A stretch of DNA of 64,000 nucleotides from the NCBI GenBank assembly GCA_963718575.1, contig OY970358.1, positions 29,718-93,717 of the forward strand. The letters run 5' to 3'. The translations under genes and the position numbers were made by a program. The DNA comes from an uncultured bacterium. GTDB taxonomy: Bacteria; Patescibacteriota; Minisyncoccia; UBA6257; 2-01-FULL-56-20. The notes under the pieces were generated by a model. It searched no databases and had not been told where the DNA came from. It saw nothing but the letters and a program-made list of their open reading frames with translations. Position 1 is the stretch's first letter. Each line of letters starts with the position of its first letter. Of this stretch, positions 27,706 to 37,865 are shown piece by piece.

Positions 27706-28847
27706 ATGGCACAAGCTCTCTACCGCAAATATCGCCCGCAGAAGCTCGACGACGTCCTCGGCCAGGAGACGAACGTTGAGATCCTTAAGAACGCGGCGAA
27801 GGCGGGGCGGCTTGGGCAGGCCTACATTTTTTATGGCGCGCGCGGGACGGGCAAGACGACGACGGCGCGGCTGATCGCAAAACTGCTCAATTGCGAAAAG
27901 CGGCGCACGGATCCGGAGTTCGCCAAGCTCGGCGAGCCGTGCAACGAATGCCGGGAGTGTCTGGCGATCGACGCGCAGAATTCGTTCGACGTGGTGGAGA
28001 TCGACGCGGCGTCCAATCGCGGTATCGACGAGATCCGCAACCTTAAGGAAAACATCCGCACTTCCCCCGCGAGCGCCGAGCACAAAGTTTATATTATAGA
28101 CGAGGCGCACATGTTGACCGGCGCGGCGTTCAATGCCCTGCTCAAAACATTGGAAGAGCCGCCCAACGCACGCGGTGATCATTTTGGCAACAACGGAGTT
28201 TGAAAAACTTCCGCCGACGATCACGTCGCGCGCGCAACGATTTGTGTTCAAAAAATTAATAAGGCAACGATCATCGAAAAGCTGACGTCGATCGCCGGAA
28301 AGGAAAAAATAAAAATAGACGAGCCGGCGATCGAGCTCATTGCCGCAGCGGCGGAAGGCAGCTTCCGCGATGCGGAGTCGTTGCTCGATCAGATCTCGTC
28401 AGTGAGCGGCGGGGTCGGCGCAGGCGGTACATCCGCCGGCGCAAAAGGCATCACGCTCGCCGATGCGGAGCGCGTCACCGGCCGCACCGGCCTCAAGAAA
28501 GTGCACGAGATGGCGGAGTTCATCGTTAAAAAAGATGTCAAAGGCGCGCTGGGCTATCTGAACGAGCTGAACGAAGATGGCCACAACCTTGGTGCAGTTT
28601 ACAAAGGACCTCATCCATTACTTGCGCAAAGTGCTGTCGCTCAAGGTCAATCCGTCGCTCAAGCCGTGATGGAGCGCGACCTCACGCGTGACGAAGTTGC
28701 CGGCGCGCATCGCGCTCGGCGCGGCCGCGGACGTTGCCACGCTCGTGAAGTTCGATGAAGGCGCTCATCCGCGCGTATGCCGAGATGCGCTACTCCCCGT
28801 TCGCCATCGTGCCGCTCGAAGTGGCGCTCGTGGAGAATCTGGCGTAG
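27706..28847 (+). pseudogene. dnaX: DNA polymerase III gamma/tau subunit with multiple compensating frameshifts
   Basis: Intact AAA+ N-terminus (GARGTGKTT, DEAH box) up to EEPPNA. Around 28167 an extra A shifts the frame: [29 protein letters not shown] reads in frame +2. At aaaaaattaataagg around 28250 a missing A returns it to frame 1. At least two further shifts follow after 28600. Confidence 0.75.
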
Positions 28848-28872
28848 ACAAATCGCGCTCGGTGCGTATAAT
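28845..28872 (+). promoter_or_regulatory. sigma70-like promoter for tRNA-Gln
   Basis: TAGACA-N16-TATAAT. The -35 overlaps the dnaX stop codon. Confidence 0.4.
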
Positions 28873-28893
28873 AAGAAGCGTTCGCAATACCAT

Positions 28894-28964
28894 TGCCGGA
28901 TCATCTAATGGTAGGATAGTGGACTCTGAATCCATTCATCTTGGTTCGAATCCAAGTCCGGCAG
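28894..28964 (+). tRNA. tRNA-Gln (anticodon CUG), U1:A72
   Basis: Acceptor UGCCGGA/UCCGGCA, U8, 3-bp D-stem with GG in the loop, anticodon stem GUGGA/UCCAU with loop CUCUGAA, T-arm CUUGG-UUCGAAU-CCAAG, discriminator G. Confidence 0.6.
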
Positions 28965-29049
28965 CTAGCTGTAGTGTGGTGATGCTCAATATAGCGGACT
29001 CATTGTCGAGCCAGTCGCCAGCTAATATGGATTTACTCAAATCGAAAGC

Positions 29050-29086
29050 GGCGATCCCCTCAAAAGGGCGCCATCTTTTTCTTTCC
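29050..29086 (+). terminator. intrinsic terminator-like hairpin + T-run
   Basis: ggcgatcccctcaaaagggcgcc followed by atctttttctttcc. Confidence 0.4.
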
Positions 29087-29093
29087 GTCTTTA

Positions 29094-29612
29094 TTATTTG
29101 ATAGTCACTGCACTCGTCAGCCCTTCTTCGATCAACGTAAAGAGAGCTTCGGGCGTACCGCTCCATTCGCCGGAAGGACCGAACACTCCTGCAAAGGGAA
29201 CGGTCGGCATGGTGGGGTTATAGAAGTTGCCATCAATTTTTACTTCACTGCACTGGCTTAAGAAATCTTGTAGCGCCTCGAACGTCTCGTGCGCTATCTC
29301 CCCGCCAGTAATGGAGACGTCGGGATGTCCTTCTTGGATTTTTATCGCAAGTTTTACGTTGTGGGCATTTTTGAACTCCCCTTCTAAATCCATGAGCGCC
29401 AACCGGAGATCCCATGCCTTTCTTTTTGATGCTTCAATATTCTTCTTCCAGAGGTCCGGATACTCCCTTCGTTCCATCCGATCCATCATTGCCTCTTTCA
29501 TCAAAACGCTTTCGTCTTTCTTTGCGGCAAATTCCTCTAAAAACTCCTGATCGCTCACCGCCGGTTCTTCGGCCTCTTCTTTTTCCTCGAACGCCGCAGT
29601 TTCGAAATTCAT
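29094..29612 (-). CDS. hypothetical acidic protein (last gene of the pilus operon)
   Basis: 172-aa ORF with no motifs. 21-nt gap to the upstream pilin gene. Confidence 0.4.
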   Translation of the reverse strand: MNFETAAFEEKEEAEEPAVSDQEFLEEFAAKKDESVLMKEAMMDRMERREYPDLWKKNIEASKRKAWDLRLALMDLEGEFKNAHNVKLAIKIQEGHPDVSITGGEIAHETFEALQDFLSQCSEVKIDGNFYNPTMPTVPFAGVFGPSGEWSGTPEALFTLIEEGLTSAVTIK

Positions 29613-29632
29613 AATAATGATTATACCACGTT

Positions 29633-30118
29633 TTATCGGGTAACGGAAACCGTCTTTCCAAGTTCCGCATATGGTGCGGCGACGGTGATCTGTGTGGTGC
29701 TCGGGTTATATACGACCGTGTAGCCGGTGTTATAGTCGGTGTTCGACGTGTAGTGGGCTCCCGAAGCTACCGGATCGAACGGCATGGTTTGGAGATAGGT
29801 TGGCACAAGGCACGGTGCTATGTTATAGCTTCCGCTTGCGGATGCCATGATCTGCGGGGTGCCCGTCGGAAGCGATCCCGAGGTACACGAGAACACGCCC
29901 GTCGTCTGATCCGCGATATTTTGCCGCACCGCGTTCATGATGCCCTGCAGCTCGAGCGAGCGCTGGGTATTACGCGACGCCGCAAGCTGACCCACGGGAT
30001 TCAGCGCCAAGAGTCCGATCCCCGCAGTGATGACGACGAGCGCGATCGCGATCAAAATCTCGATCAACGACAACCCGCGCCGAGGAGACAACCGTTTCAT
30101 TTTTTTATTGTACCTCAT
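29633..30118 (-). CDS. type IV pilin-like / pseudopilin (prepilin N-terminal motif)
   Basis: RRGLSLIEILIAIALVVITAGI class III signal with the hydrophobic N-terminal helix. Confidence 0.65.
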   Translation of the reverse strand: MRYNKKMKRLSPRRGLSLIEILIAIALVVITAGIGLLALNPVGQLAASRNTQRSLELQGIMNAVRQNIADQTTGVFSCTSGSLPTGTPQIMASASGSYNIAPCLVPTYLQTMPFDPVASGAHYTSNTDYNTGYTVVYNPSTTQITVAAPYAELGKTVSVTR

Positions 30119-31508
30119 CCCATGAAATGATGGAGTACTGATTCGTGGATAATGGGAAGCTTGGCGGCGGCCCGTATAATAAATTCGCGTCATAGTTATA
30201 GCTTCGGCTCTGATAGCCGTCGGTCGCCGAGTAATAAAACCCTGATTGCAGATTGCTTGCGAGCATGCCGTCCGTCGTGAGCGTTGCGCGCGCGGCGTTC
30301 GTGCCGCATCCGCTGTATGAATAGCGCTGGATCGCGCCGTTTATCGCCACGAGCGCCCCGTCGATCGTAAGGTTGTTGTCGCTCACGAGCCCGATGTTGA
30401 TGTTGTTCTGTGAAACGAGCGCGAGCGTGTCGCTCCCGTTGAAGTTGGTATACACCGTGGACGAATTCACCGTGATACTCGAATAGGTCGTCGGGTTGCT
30501 CGGGAATCGCGCCGATGCGATCGTTACGCGTTTATCATTGATCTGTCCCCTCACCCAGAGGTTGTCCTGAAAGAACATATCGCCGTTCGACGGGATCGTG
30601 CCGGTCGCGATGAGCGTCTCGGTCTTTATGCTCCACGTTCCCCATCCGGTTTGTCCGGGGTTATTGCACCCGCCCGGCGCAGACGTGAGTGCCGTCACTT
30701 TATAGACGCTGTAGATCCCGCTCGTCGCAAGCGCGAGGTCGTATCCTTGTGCCGTGGAGCTCGGGAAATAGGTTCCGCTCGCTTGTGCGAGCGCCTCGAT
30801 GCTTGAAAGGTTCTCCGTGAGCGCAGTGAAGTCGATTGCCGGAACGCCAACCTTCCTCCCCGCCTGGAAAATAGTTTGGTTGGTCGGTAGCGCGGTCGGC
30901 GGCTGTGGATCCGCCGGCGGGCCGTCGGTGAAGACCGCCCACTGGGTGAGTCCGGTGCTGGGATCGGTCGTTGTGGTGAGCGAACTTTCAACGAGGTTAT
31001 GGGCGGTGCCATCGAAATGGATGCCCGCATTCGACTGGATCGTGCCGTAAACCTGCGCTCCGGTGCCGAACTCGACGAACGAGTCGAGCGCCCATGCATA
31101 TTGCGCGAACGACGGGATCGCCATCTCAACTTTGATTATTTTCGTGATGCTCGGGTCGGCGACGATATTGCCGGTGCTTTGGATAATCACCACGGTCGAG
31201 CCCGGCGGCGGCGGCGTGATCGCAAGCGTGAACGTGCCGATAAGATTCCCGCTCTCATCGTAATAATTATGGACGTATGGCCCGGCTCGTCCCGTGCCGT
31301 CCTCGAAATCCTCCGGCGCGTGGGCAAGATGCCATTGATAATATTCAATCCCGGCTTCCGCAATGCTGAACGCGCGCAGCTTATTGAGCGATCGTACGGA
31401 GCTCTGCAGGAACGATGAAGAGAGGAAAATGAGCCCGGTGATGAATGTCACCGCGAGCGCGGCGAAAAAAATGACGGTGACCGCGAGCTGGCCTCTGCGC
31501 TTATTCAT
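30105..31508 (-). CDS. large pilin-like protein with N-terminal TM helix
   Basis: MNKRRGQLAVTVIFFAALAVTFITGLIFL, then ~440 aa of beta-rich, Thr/Ser/Asn-rich sequence. Confidence 0.5.
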   Translation of the reverse strand: MNKRRGQLAVTVIFFAALAVTFITGLIFLSSSFLQSSVRSLNKLRAFSIAEAGIEYYQWHLAHAPEDFEDGTGRAGPYVHNYYDESGNLIGTFTLAITPPPPGSTVVIIQSTGNIVADPSITKIIKVEMAIPSFAQYAWALDSFVEFGTGAQVYGTIQSNAGIHFDGTAHNLVESSLTTTTDPSTGLTQWAVFTDGPPADPQPPTALPTNQTIFQAGRKVGVPAIDFTALTENLSSIEALAQASGTYFPSSTAQGYDLALATSGIYSVYKVTALTSAPGGCNNPGQTGWGTWSIKTETLIATGTIPSNGDMFFQDNLWVRGQINDKRVTIASARFPSNPTTYSSITVNSSTVYTNFNGSDTLALVSQNNINIGLVSDNNLTIDGALVAINGAIQRYSYSGCGTNAARATLTTDGMLASNLQSGFYYSATDGYQSRSYNYDANLLYGPPPSFPLSTNQYSIISWDEVQ

Positions 31509-32118
31509 TGGTTCGGAGGTTCCGTATGTCGACCATTTGTGAGAAATATTGCGGGATCGGGGTGCTTGACGGATTGACGGCGGCATAGAATGAAAATTGC
31601 ACGAGGCGGATGTTCGCGACGGTGATCGGATAGCTCATCGGCGCCTGAGTGCCGGTGTAATTCGTGTCATAGTAGGTGAAGAACACCGTCGATGAGCTCA
31701 GTATGAGGTTATTGATCTGGGTGGTCACGATCTCGGTGGAGGTCACATATGCCAATGGATTTCCGGACGGAATGGTGATCCCTTCCTGCAACGTGCTTGT
31801 TCCCAAAAAATAACGGACTCTTTCAAATGTGCCGTTCCGGTAAATATCGCTATAGAAGATGAACGAGCTCGTGCCGGCGGATTCGATCGGATAGCCGCCA
31901 ATGCTCGATGGTCCGGCGGAACGGATGGCGGTCGTCATAAGCTGGATGGTCTGGGTGATATCCTGGCTCGATTGCAATTTTTGGCTTGTAATGGTCTGGA
32001 GTGATGTAAGGTTCCCCTGGAATGAGCTGAGGATGAAAATAAACGCCACGCCGATAAGGCTTGCGATGAGCACTTCGACGAGAGAAAATCCATTCCTTGC
32101 ATCAGTGTGACGCGGCAT
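31501..32118 (-). CDS. type IV minor pilin-like protein
   Basis: ARNGFSLVEVLIASLIGVAFIFIL prepilin-type N-terminus. Confidence 0.6.
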   Translation of the reverse strand: MPRHTDARNGFSLVEVLIASLIGVAFIFILSSFQGNLTSLQTITSQKLQSSQDITQTIQLMTTAIRSAGPSSIGGYPIESAGTSSFIFYSDIYRNGTFERVRYFLGTSTLQEGITIPSGNPLAYVTSTEIVTTQINNLILSSSTVFFTYYDTNYTGTQAPMSYPITVANIRLVQFSFYAAVNPSSTPIPQYFSQMVDIRNLRTNE

Positions 32119-32119
32119 A

Positions 32120-33867
32120 TTATTGGTGGGTAAGATCGACGGTTGTCGCCTGGGCATTGGCGGAAATCGTGACCGACGACGTCGCCTGGATATAATTCGG
32201 TGCGCTCACGGTAAGGAGATACGACCCGGACGAAAGACCGGAAAAGAGCGTCTGATATTGCGGCACGCATTGCGAAGAAAAACCGATCGTCACATCGTTC
32301 ACGGAGGGCGATGTGGTCGGATCTTGCGTGCTTAAAAATACTTTATACCGGAAATAGCGATCGCCGCCCAGGTTGACGATGGTGGAAGATGCCGTGTAAT
32401 AGGTATTGCCCGTGCCGTCGGGACCGACGAAATTCCATGTTACATCATCGTTGTTCGCCGCAAGCTGGAATGCCGCGCTTCCCGCGCCGGTCGAAGTCGG
32501 TTCCACGGCAGGATTCACATTCAGCGAAATATAATTGGCGGTCGACGTCCCAAAGTCGATCGTGTTTGAAATGAGCCAGTTTATCGTGCCGGTGGCGTAC
32601 GTTCCCGATGCGTTCGCAAGCAGTTGGATCGTTCCCGGCACTGATTGAGTGTCAATGCCGCCGCTTTGCGAAGCATACGCGCCGTTCGCCCAGTTGGTAT
32701 CCGTCCATGTGCTTTGTCCCGCGGTGAGGGTCTGCTGAGAACGATCCGCCGGACATTGTTACTGTCGCTCCGGGCACGCCGTCGCCCGTCGCGGCATCCG
32801 CTATGCTCACCAGGAGCGATTTCGGGACTACTTGGCGTGAGGACAAAGTCGAATGAGATCGTCGAACTAGGATTGATCGTCAGCGGGCTGAACGGAGTGG
32901 TTCCTAACAACGCGTAGGATGACGAGGTAAGCGTGAATGCATAGGTGTCCCATTCCATATTTGGGAAGGATGCGGTGCCGGAAGCGTTTGTGGCGGAGCT
33001 CGTGGAAAATTTCAGTACGTTCGGATTTGTGCCGATCAGCTTCGATCCCGCAATACTGAATCCTGTGCCGCCGATATCGGCGCAGACGTTGTTCGTCGTC
33101 AAAACCGTGAGTGCGCTCGTCCGGTCTATCGAAAAACTTGCCGTCGAAAGTTGTTGCTGTGCCACCGTGATATTCGGCTGGACCGGGGTGGAGCTTCCCA
33201 GGGCTCCTATTGAATAGCTCTGCGCCGAAGAATATCCGGGTTTCGAGACAAAGATCTGATACCCCTGCGTACTCGTGGGGACGCCGACAAGCTGAAGCGT
33301 GCCGCTGTCGTTCGTAGCGTCGGTGAGGTTCACCGCTGGCGTGATGTCGGAATTCACCACGGTCACGTTCGCGTTCGGAACCCCGTTGCCATTGGAGTCG
33401 AATATGTTGATAAAAAGGGATCCTTGTCCAAGCGTGCTTTGCAGTCCCACCGGGGCAAAGGTCGTCGTGAGGGAAAGCGGATTGAAGTTCTGGCACGTAG
33501 GACAACTGATCGTGAGTTGAACCTGTTTATAGTCGACCGTTCCGGTCGGTTCGCCGAATCCCTGTCCGGCGGGATCTTCGATATTGAGGATTTGCGTCCC
33601 CATGACGAAGTTATAATCGGCGTACGATATGGTTTGTGTGGCGGGGATAATGCCCGACGGGATGCCGTTCACCGTGCCGATGTCCGCATAGGGCAGGTCG
33701 CGCATCGTCTCGATCTGCTGGTTCATCACTGCGGTCGCGCCGTTCCTGACCTGAATGTTATTGATGGCGCCGTAAAGGGAAAAATAGACAAGATAGATCG
33801 CGCCGAACAGGAACGCCACGATGGCGATACTGACCACCACGTCGATCAAGCTTGACCCTTTCTTCAT
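32120..33867 (-). pseudogene. large pilin-like protein (~580 aa) interrupted by about two frameshifts at 32640-32850
   Basis: N-terminus MKKGSSLIDVVVSIAIVAFLFGAIYLVY is pilin-like. After ~350 aa the frame degenerates into Arg-rich nonsense, while ORFs 32652..32846 and 32120..32641 continue the Thr/Ser-rich beta sequence in other frames. Confidence 0.5.
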
Positions 33868-35006
33868 TGTGAAATGTTCGAGGAGATGGCGTAGATCGGA
33901 GTGATGATGGAGATCGCGACGAAACCGACAAGCAATCCCATGAAGAGCAGCATCACGGGTTCGATGATCGTCGTCATGGAGTCGAGTCCGTAGCTCACTT
34001 CTTCCTCATAATATTCGGCGACATACACCAGATTCTCATTCAGGTTTCCGGTTGCCTCCCCGATCTGGATCATTCCGGTGACGAACGGCGGAAAGAGCTT
34101 CGCTTTTTTTTCGAGGAACGGGGCGAGCGCACCGCCGCGGCCGATCTCCTGGCTTGCTTCGTCAACAAACTTCCGATAGACAAGATTGTCGAACGTCTTG
34201 CCGGTGATGACAAGCGCTTCGGCGATCTTCACGCCGCTCTTGAGCAGTAATGAAAATATGCGCGCGAAGTTCACCATATTGAGGCTTATGGAAAGTTTTG
34301 AAAGCACGGGGGTGAGCAGGATGAGGTTATGCATGGCGTAGCGGAACGGTTCGACGTGCTTGAGCAACAACCGGAAGACGATGATAAGGATAATGAGGGC
34401 CGCGATACAGTAAAGGCCGTAGCTCGTGAAGAACGTGATTCCCGCGAGGAGCAGCTGGGTCGAAGCGGGCAGCGGCGCTCCGGAGCCGGTGAGCGCGGGC
34501 AGCAGTTTTGGAAATACGAAGAACGCGAGGAATGCCGTTACGCCGAGCGTCGCGACGAGGATGATCATCGGGTAGACCATCGCGGACTTTATCTTGCGCT
34601 TAAGATTCCTTCGTTTCTTTGTTTCGTCAGAAAGATAGAGCAGGTTCTGCGCGAGCGTGCCGCTTGCCTCCCCCACGCGCACGACGCTGATGAAAAAATC
34701 CCCGAATACGTCATGAAAATGTTCCAGGCCGTCGGCAAAGAAAAGGCCGTTTGACACGTCCTTCGCCAGCTGGTCGATGATCTTTATGAGCTTCGGCGAT
34801 TGGGACTGCTTTCGCAGGATGACCAGGCCGTCATAGAGCGGGATGCCCGCCTTGATGATAATGGCAAGATGGCGCGCAAAATCTATCTTGTCCTGATCGG
34901 AGATGCTTTCGTTAAAAAGACCGAGGTGAAAAGGTTTTTTCTTTGGCTTCGGAGATTGCGGCGACACTGGCGGCCGAGGCGGCGTCGGGACGGGGACATT
35001 ATTCAT
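33864..35006 (-). CDS. pilC: type IV pilus assembly / type II secretion platform protein (GspF/PilC family)
   Basis: Two GspF-like repeats (FARHLAIIIKAGIPLYDGL...) and three TM segments. Confidence 0.85.
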   Translation of the reverse strand: MNNVPVPTPPRPPVSPQSPKPKKKPFHLGLFNESISDQDKIDFARHLAIIIKAGIPLYDGLVILRKQSQSPKLIKIIDQLAKDVSNGLFFADGLEHFHDVFGDFFISVVRVGEASGTLAQNLLYLSDETKKRRNLKRKIKSAMVYPMIILVATLGVTAFLAFFVFPKLLPALTGSGAPLPASTQLLLAGITFFTSYGLYCIAALIILIIVFRLLLKHVEPFRYAMHNLILLTPVLSKLSISLNMVNFARIFSLLLKSGVKIAEALVITGKTFDNLVYRKFVDEASQEIGRGGALAPFLEKKAKLFPPFVTGMIQIGEATGNLNENLVYVAEYYEEEVSYGLDSMTTIIEPVMLLFMGLLVGFVAISIITPIYAISSNISQ

Positions 35007-36271
35007 GAATGATCCTCAATATCTCTTCTATAGTGGTAAGACCTTCGGATGCCTTTCGTGATCCCGTCACTGAACATCGTCACCATCCCCGCGCGCACCG
35101 CGGCGCTTTTGATGTCCTGCGCGCTCGCGCGGGCAACGATAAGCCCGCGGATTTTTTCGTCCACCTCGAGCACTTCCCGGATGCCGATGCGACCGACAAA
35201 GCCGGCGCCGTCGCATTTTTCGCAACCGACTGCAGTATAAAATGTCTTTTCCTTGAGTGCCTGGATATGTTCCAGCGCGGACGCGAATGGATTCTCCCCT
35301 TCCGAAAAGGATTCGGAGATGCTCGCGAGCTCTATCGCGGTGAGCACGGTCGGCTTCTTGCAATCCGGGCAAAGTTTTCGGACAAGGCGCTGTCCCATCG
35401 CGATGTTCACCGTCGAGGTGACGAGGAACGGCGGCACGCCCATATCGATGAGGCGCGGGAATGTCGTCGCGGCATCGTTCGTGTGGAGCGTCGAAAGCAC
35501 CAAATGTCCGGTGAGCGCCGCATTCACCGCGATGTTCGCCGTTTCTTCGTCGCGGATCTCGCCGACCATAATGATGTTCGGGTCCTGTCGGAGTATCGAA
35601 CGCAGTCCGTTCGCGAACGTGAGCCCGGTCTGCGCATCGGTCTGGATCTGTGTCGTGCCCGTGAGCGAATACTCGATCGGATCTTCGATCGTGATCACCG
35701 AGATGTCCGGCTTGTTAAGTTCCTTGAGGATCGTATAGAGCGTCGTTGTTTTCCCGGAGCCGGTGGGACCGTTGGCAAGGATCATGCCGTAGGGTTTATG
35801 GATAGCCTTCTCCACTTTTTCGAGGTCCTTCGGGTAGAAACCGAGATCGGCGAGGGAATAGGTCGAGGTCGCAACGAGCACACGCATGATGGAGTTCTCG
35901 CCGTGATACGTCGGCACGATGGAGACGCGCACGTCGAGCTCGCCCACTTCGGCGAGGCGCACGCGAAAACGGCCGTCCTGCGGCAAAAAGTGCGCATCAG
36001 TGCGCAATCCGGACATGACCTTGATGCGGCTGATCACTTCCTGGTGTAATCCGATGGATACGCGCGTCGGATCAACGACGTCGCGAAGGATACCGTCGAT
36101 TCGGAAGCGGATGCGCGAACCATCCTCGGCCGGTTCAAGGTGAACATCGGACGCTTTTGCCGCATAGGCATATTCAATAATGATATTGACAAAATCGATC
36201 ACGGAAAGTGATTCGACGGGCTTCGCAAGCAGCTCATCCATTATTGATTTCAAAGATTCCGCGTCACGCAT
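35003..36271 (-). CDS. pilB: type IV pilus assembly ATPase (GspE/PilB family)
   Basis: Walker A LANGPTGSGKTTTLYTIL, Asp/His boxes, and a C-terminal CPDC..C zinc motif. Start set at MRDAESLKS; the longer ORF upstream is antisense noise. Confidence 0.85.
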   Translation of the reverse strand: MRDAESLKSIMDELLAKPVESLSVIDFVNIIIEYAYAAKASDVHLEPAEDGSRIRFRIDGILRDVVDPTRVSIGLHQEVISRIKVMSGLRTDAHFLPQDGRFRVRLAEVGELDVRVSIVPTYHGENSIMRVLVATSTYSLADLGFYPKDLEKVEKAIHKPYGMILANGPTGSGKTTTLYTILKELNKPDISVITIEDPIEYSLTGTTQIQTDAQTGLTFANGLRSILRQDPNIIMVGEIRDEETANIAVNAALTGHLVLSTLHTNDAATTFPRLIDMGVPPFLVTSTVNIAMGQRLVRKLCPDCKKPTVLTAIELASISESFSEGENPFASALEHIQALKEKTFYTAVGCEKCDGAGFVGRIGIREVLEVDEKIRGLIVARASAQDIKSAAVRAGMVTMFSDGITKGIRRSYHYRRDIEDHS

Positions 36272-36346
36272 ATTTTTAATTGTAGCATATACCCAATCAC
36301 ACCAAAGCGGATTTTTTTTGATAGTGTACACTTGATAGATAGGCCG

Positions 36347-37348
36347 ATGAAAAAGGAAAACGAGGGAAAGGAGGATCCCATATTTAATGATATCGAAGAC
36401 GAGCCGACCCCCTATGGCGTGGGCCCGATCTCCTCTTTTTCGGAACAAGGAACCCCGGTCGTGTTCATTGCGACCATCGGGGTCGTCGTGCTTATCTTTG
36501 TGATCGCGGGAGCGTTCGTCGCCTCCTGGAATCCGGCCTTGTCGCACGCCGGCCGGCCGGAACCGGCATCATCCGGCACGGCCGCGCCTGCCGCGACGCC
36601 GGTTGTTCCGGAGATCTCCACCAGCATTCAGCACGGCAAGAACGGCACTAAGCTTTTTGTGCAATGGACAAACCTCCCCGACGGCACCACGGAGATCAAT
36701 ATATTTTATGCCGCCACGACGAATGGAACGTATCATCTGATCGGCAGCATTCCCGTGGGATCAATTGCCGACGGGAGCGGTTCCCTGACTATTTCGGCCG
36801 GAGATGCGAACGGGTCTTTCTATGGCGTTGCGTCAACGGGAAATTCTCCGGCGAACACGAATGGAACCGGCCAGGGGTCCGGGAATAATGGCGACGGGAA
36901 TACATCGTCGGGCGATGGTACCGGAAATAGCGGTAGCGGAAACGGGAATGCTACGGGCAGTGGCAATGGCGTCACACCGCCAGCGGGCAATGATAATGGA
37001 AACGGAAATGGGGATAATAACGGAAGCAGCACCCAAGGCACGGGCAATGCCAATACATCGACCGCGCCCGTCGAGAATTTTCTTGTTCAGCACTTTGATG
37101 AAAAAATACAGATAAGCTGGCAGGTGCTTCCATTAAATACATTTGAGGTGGTGGTCTCACGCTCGGCATCGGACAGTGGGCCGTGGACGCCGGTGCTTAC
37201 CGAAACGAATATTGCTTCGGACGGACCCTATTCCATTGAGGTCGTGGATGACACGCTCGGCGACCCGTATTACTACAAAATGGACACCTACGACCAAGCC
37301 GGGGATACCATCACCACCTACGGGCCGATCCTGCTCGCGCCGTTATAG
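36347..37348 (+). CDS. membrane-anchored surface protein with Gly/Asn/Ser-rich linker and C-terminal beta domain
   Basis: TM helix VVFIATIGVVVLIFVIAGAFVA, a long GNGNG/NTS low-complexity stretch, then a C-terminal ~100-aa beta-sandwich-like domain. Confidence 0.45.
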   Translation: MKKENEGKEDPIFNDIEDEPTPYGVGPISSFSEQGTPVVFIATIGVVVLIFVIAGAFVASWNPALSHAGRPEPASSGTAAPAATPVVPEISTSIQHGKNGTKLFVQWTNLPDGTTEINIFYAATTNGTYHLIGSIPVGSIADGSGSLTISAGDANGSFYGVASTGNSPANTNGTGQGSGNNGDGNTSSGDGTGNSGSGNGNATGSGNGVTPPAGNDNGNGNGDNNGSSTQGTGNANTSTAPVENFLVQHFDEKIQISWQVLPLNTFEVVVSRSASDSGPWTPVLTETNIASDGPYSIEVVDDTLGDPYYYKMDTYDQAGDTITTYGPILLAPL

Positions 37349-37726
37349 ATTAAAATACGATCCTACAATCGCAACAAGACTGTCGAGGTCGTCGGTCTTT
37401 TTGATATAACCGTCCGCGCCGAACTTCTTCGCAAGCGCAATATCCGTTTCGAGGTCGGTCGCATCGCCGAGGCTCGTCGTGAATATGATTTTGATAAAAC
37501 TGGTCTCGGGATCGCGTCGGAGCGCCGAAAGCACGTCTTCACCGCTTATGCCGGGCATCTTTACGTCCAGAAGCACCATGTCGGGCTTGCACTCCTTCAC
37601 TTTTTTTATTCCCTCAGCACCGCTTTCGGCGGTTTCAATGTGATAGCCGGCGGCGGTCAATTTTACGGAGAAGATCTCTCGAAAATCAGCGCCGTCATCG
37701 ATGATGAGAATCGTTTTGGAAAGATC
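37343..37726 (-). CDS. single-domain response regulator (CheY-like receiver)
   Basis: ILIIDDGADFREIF...MVLLDVKMPGISG...FTTSL...ALAKKFGADGYIKK, a complete receiver signature. Confidence 0.7.
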   Translation of the reverse strand, partial: DLSKTILIIDDGADFREIFSVKLTAAGYHIETAESGAEGIKKVKECKPDMVLLDVKMPGISGEDVLSALRRDPETSFIKIIFTTSLGDATDLETDIALAKKFGADGYIKKTDDLDSLVAIVGSYFNL

Positions 37727-37865
37727 CATATTTTTATTACCAAGCGAGTATATCACATTTATTGGAGGTAAAGAAGAAAAAAGATGACTATTCCGCGCGG
37801 GCAGCCTGTCGGGTGGCGATCCGAGGACGGAGTTTTAGCCAGGTTCATATTGTGGTATTCTACCT

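Noticed and set aside
28965-29050. Possible second tRNA after tRNA-Gln
   Set aside because: No cloverleaf could be drawn. There is no T-loop consensus, and the segment ends in a terminator hairpin.
35009-36049. 346-aa plus-strand ORF
   Set aside because: Entirely antisense to pilB, which has Walker motifs and a zinc finger. No features of its own.
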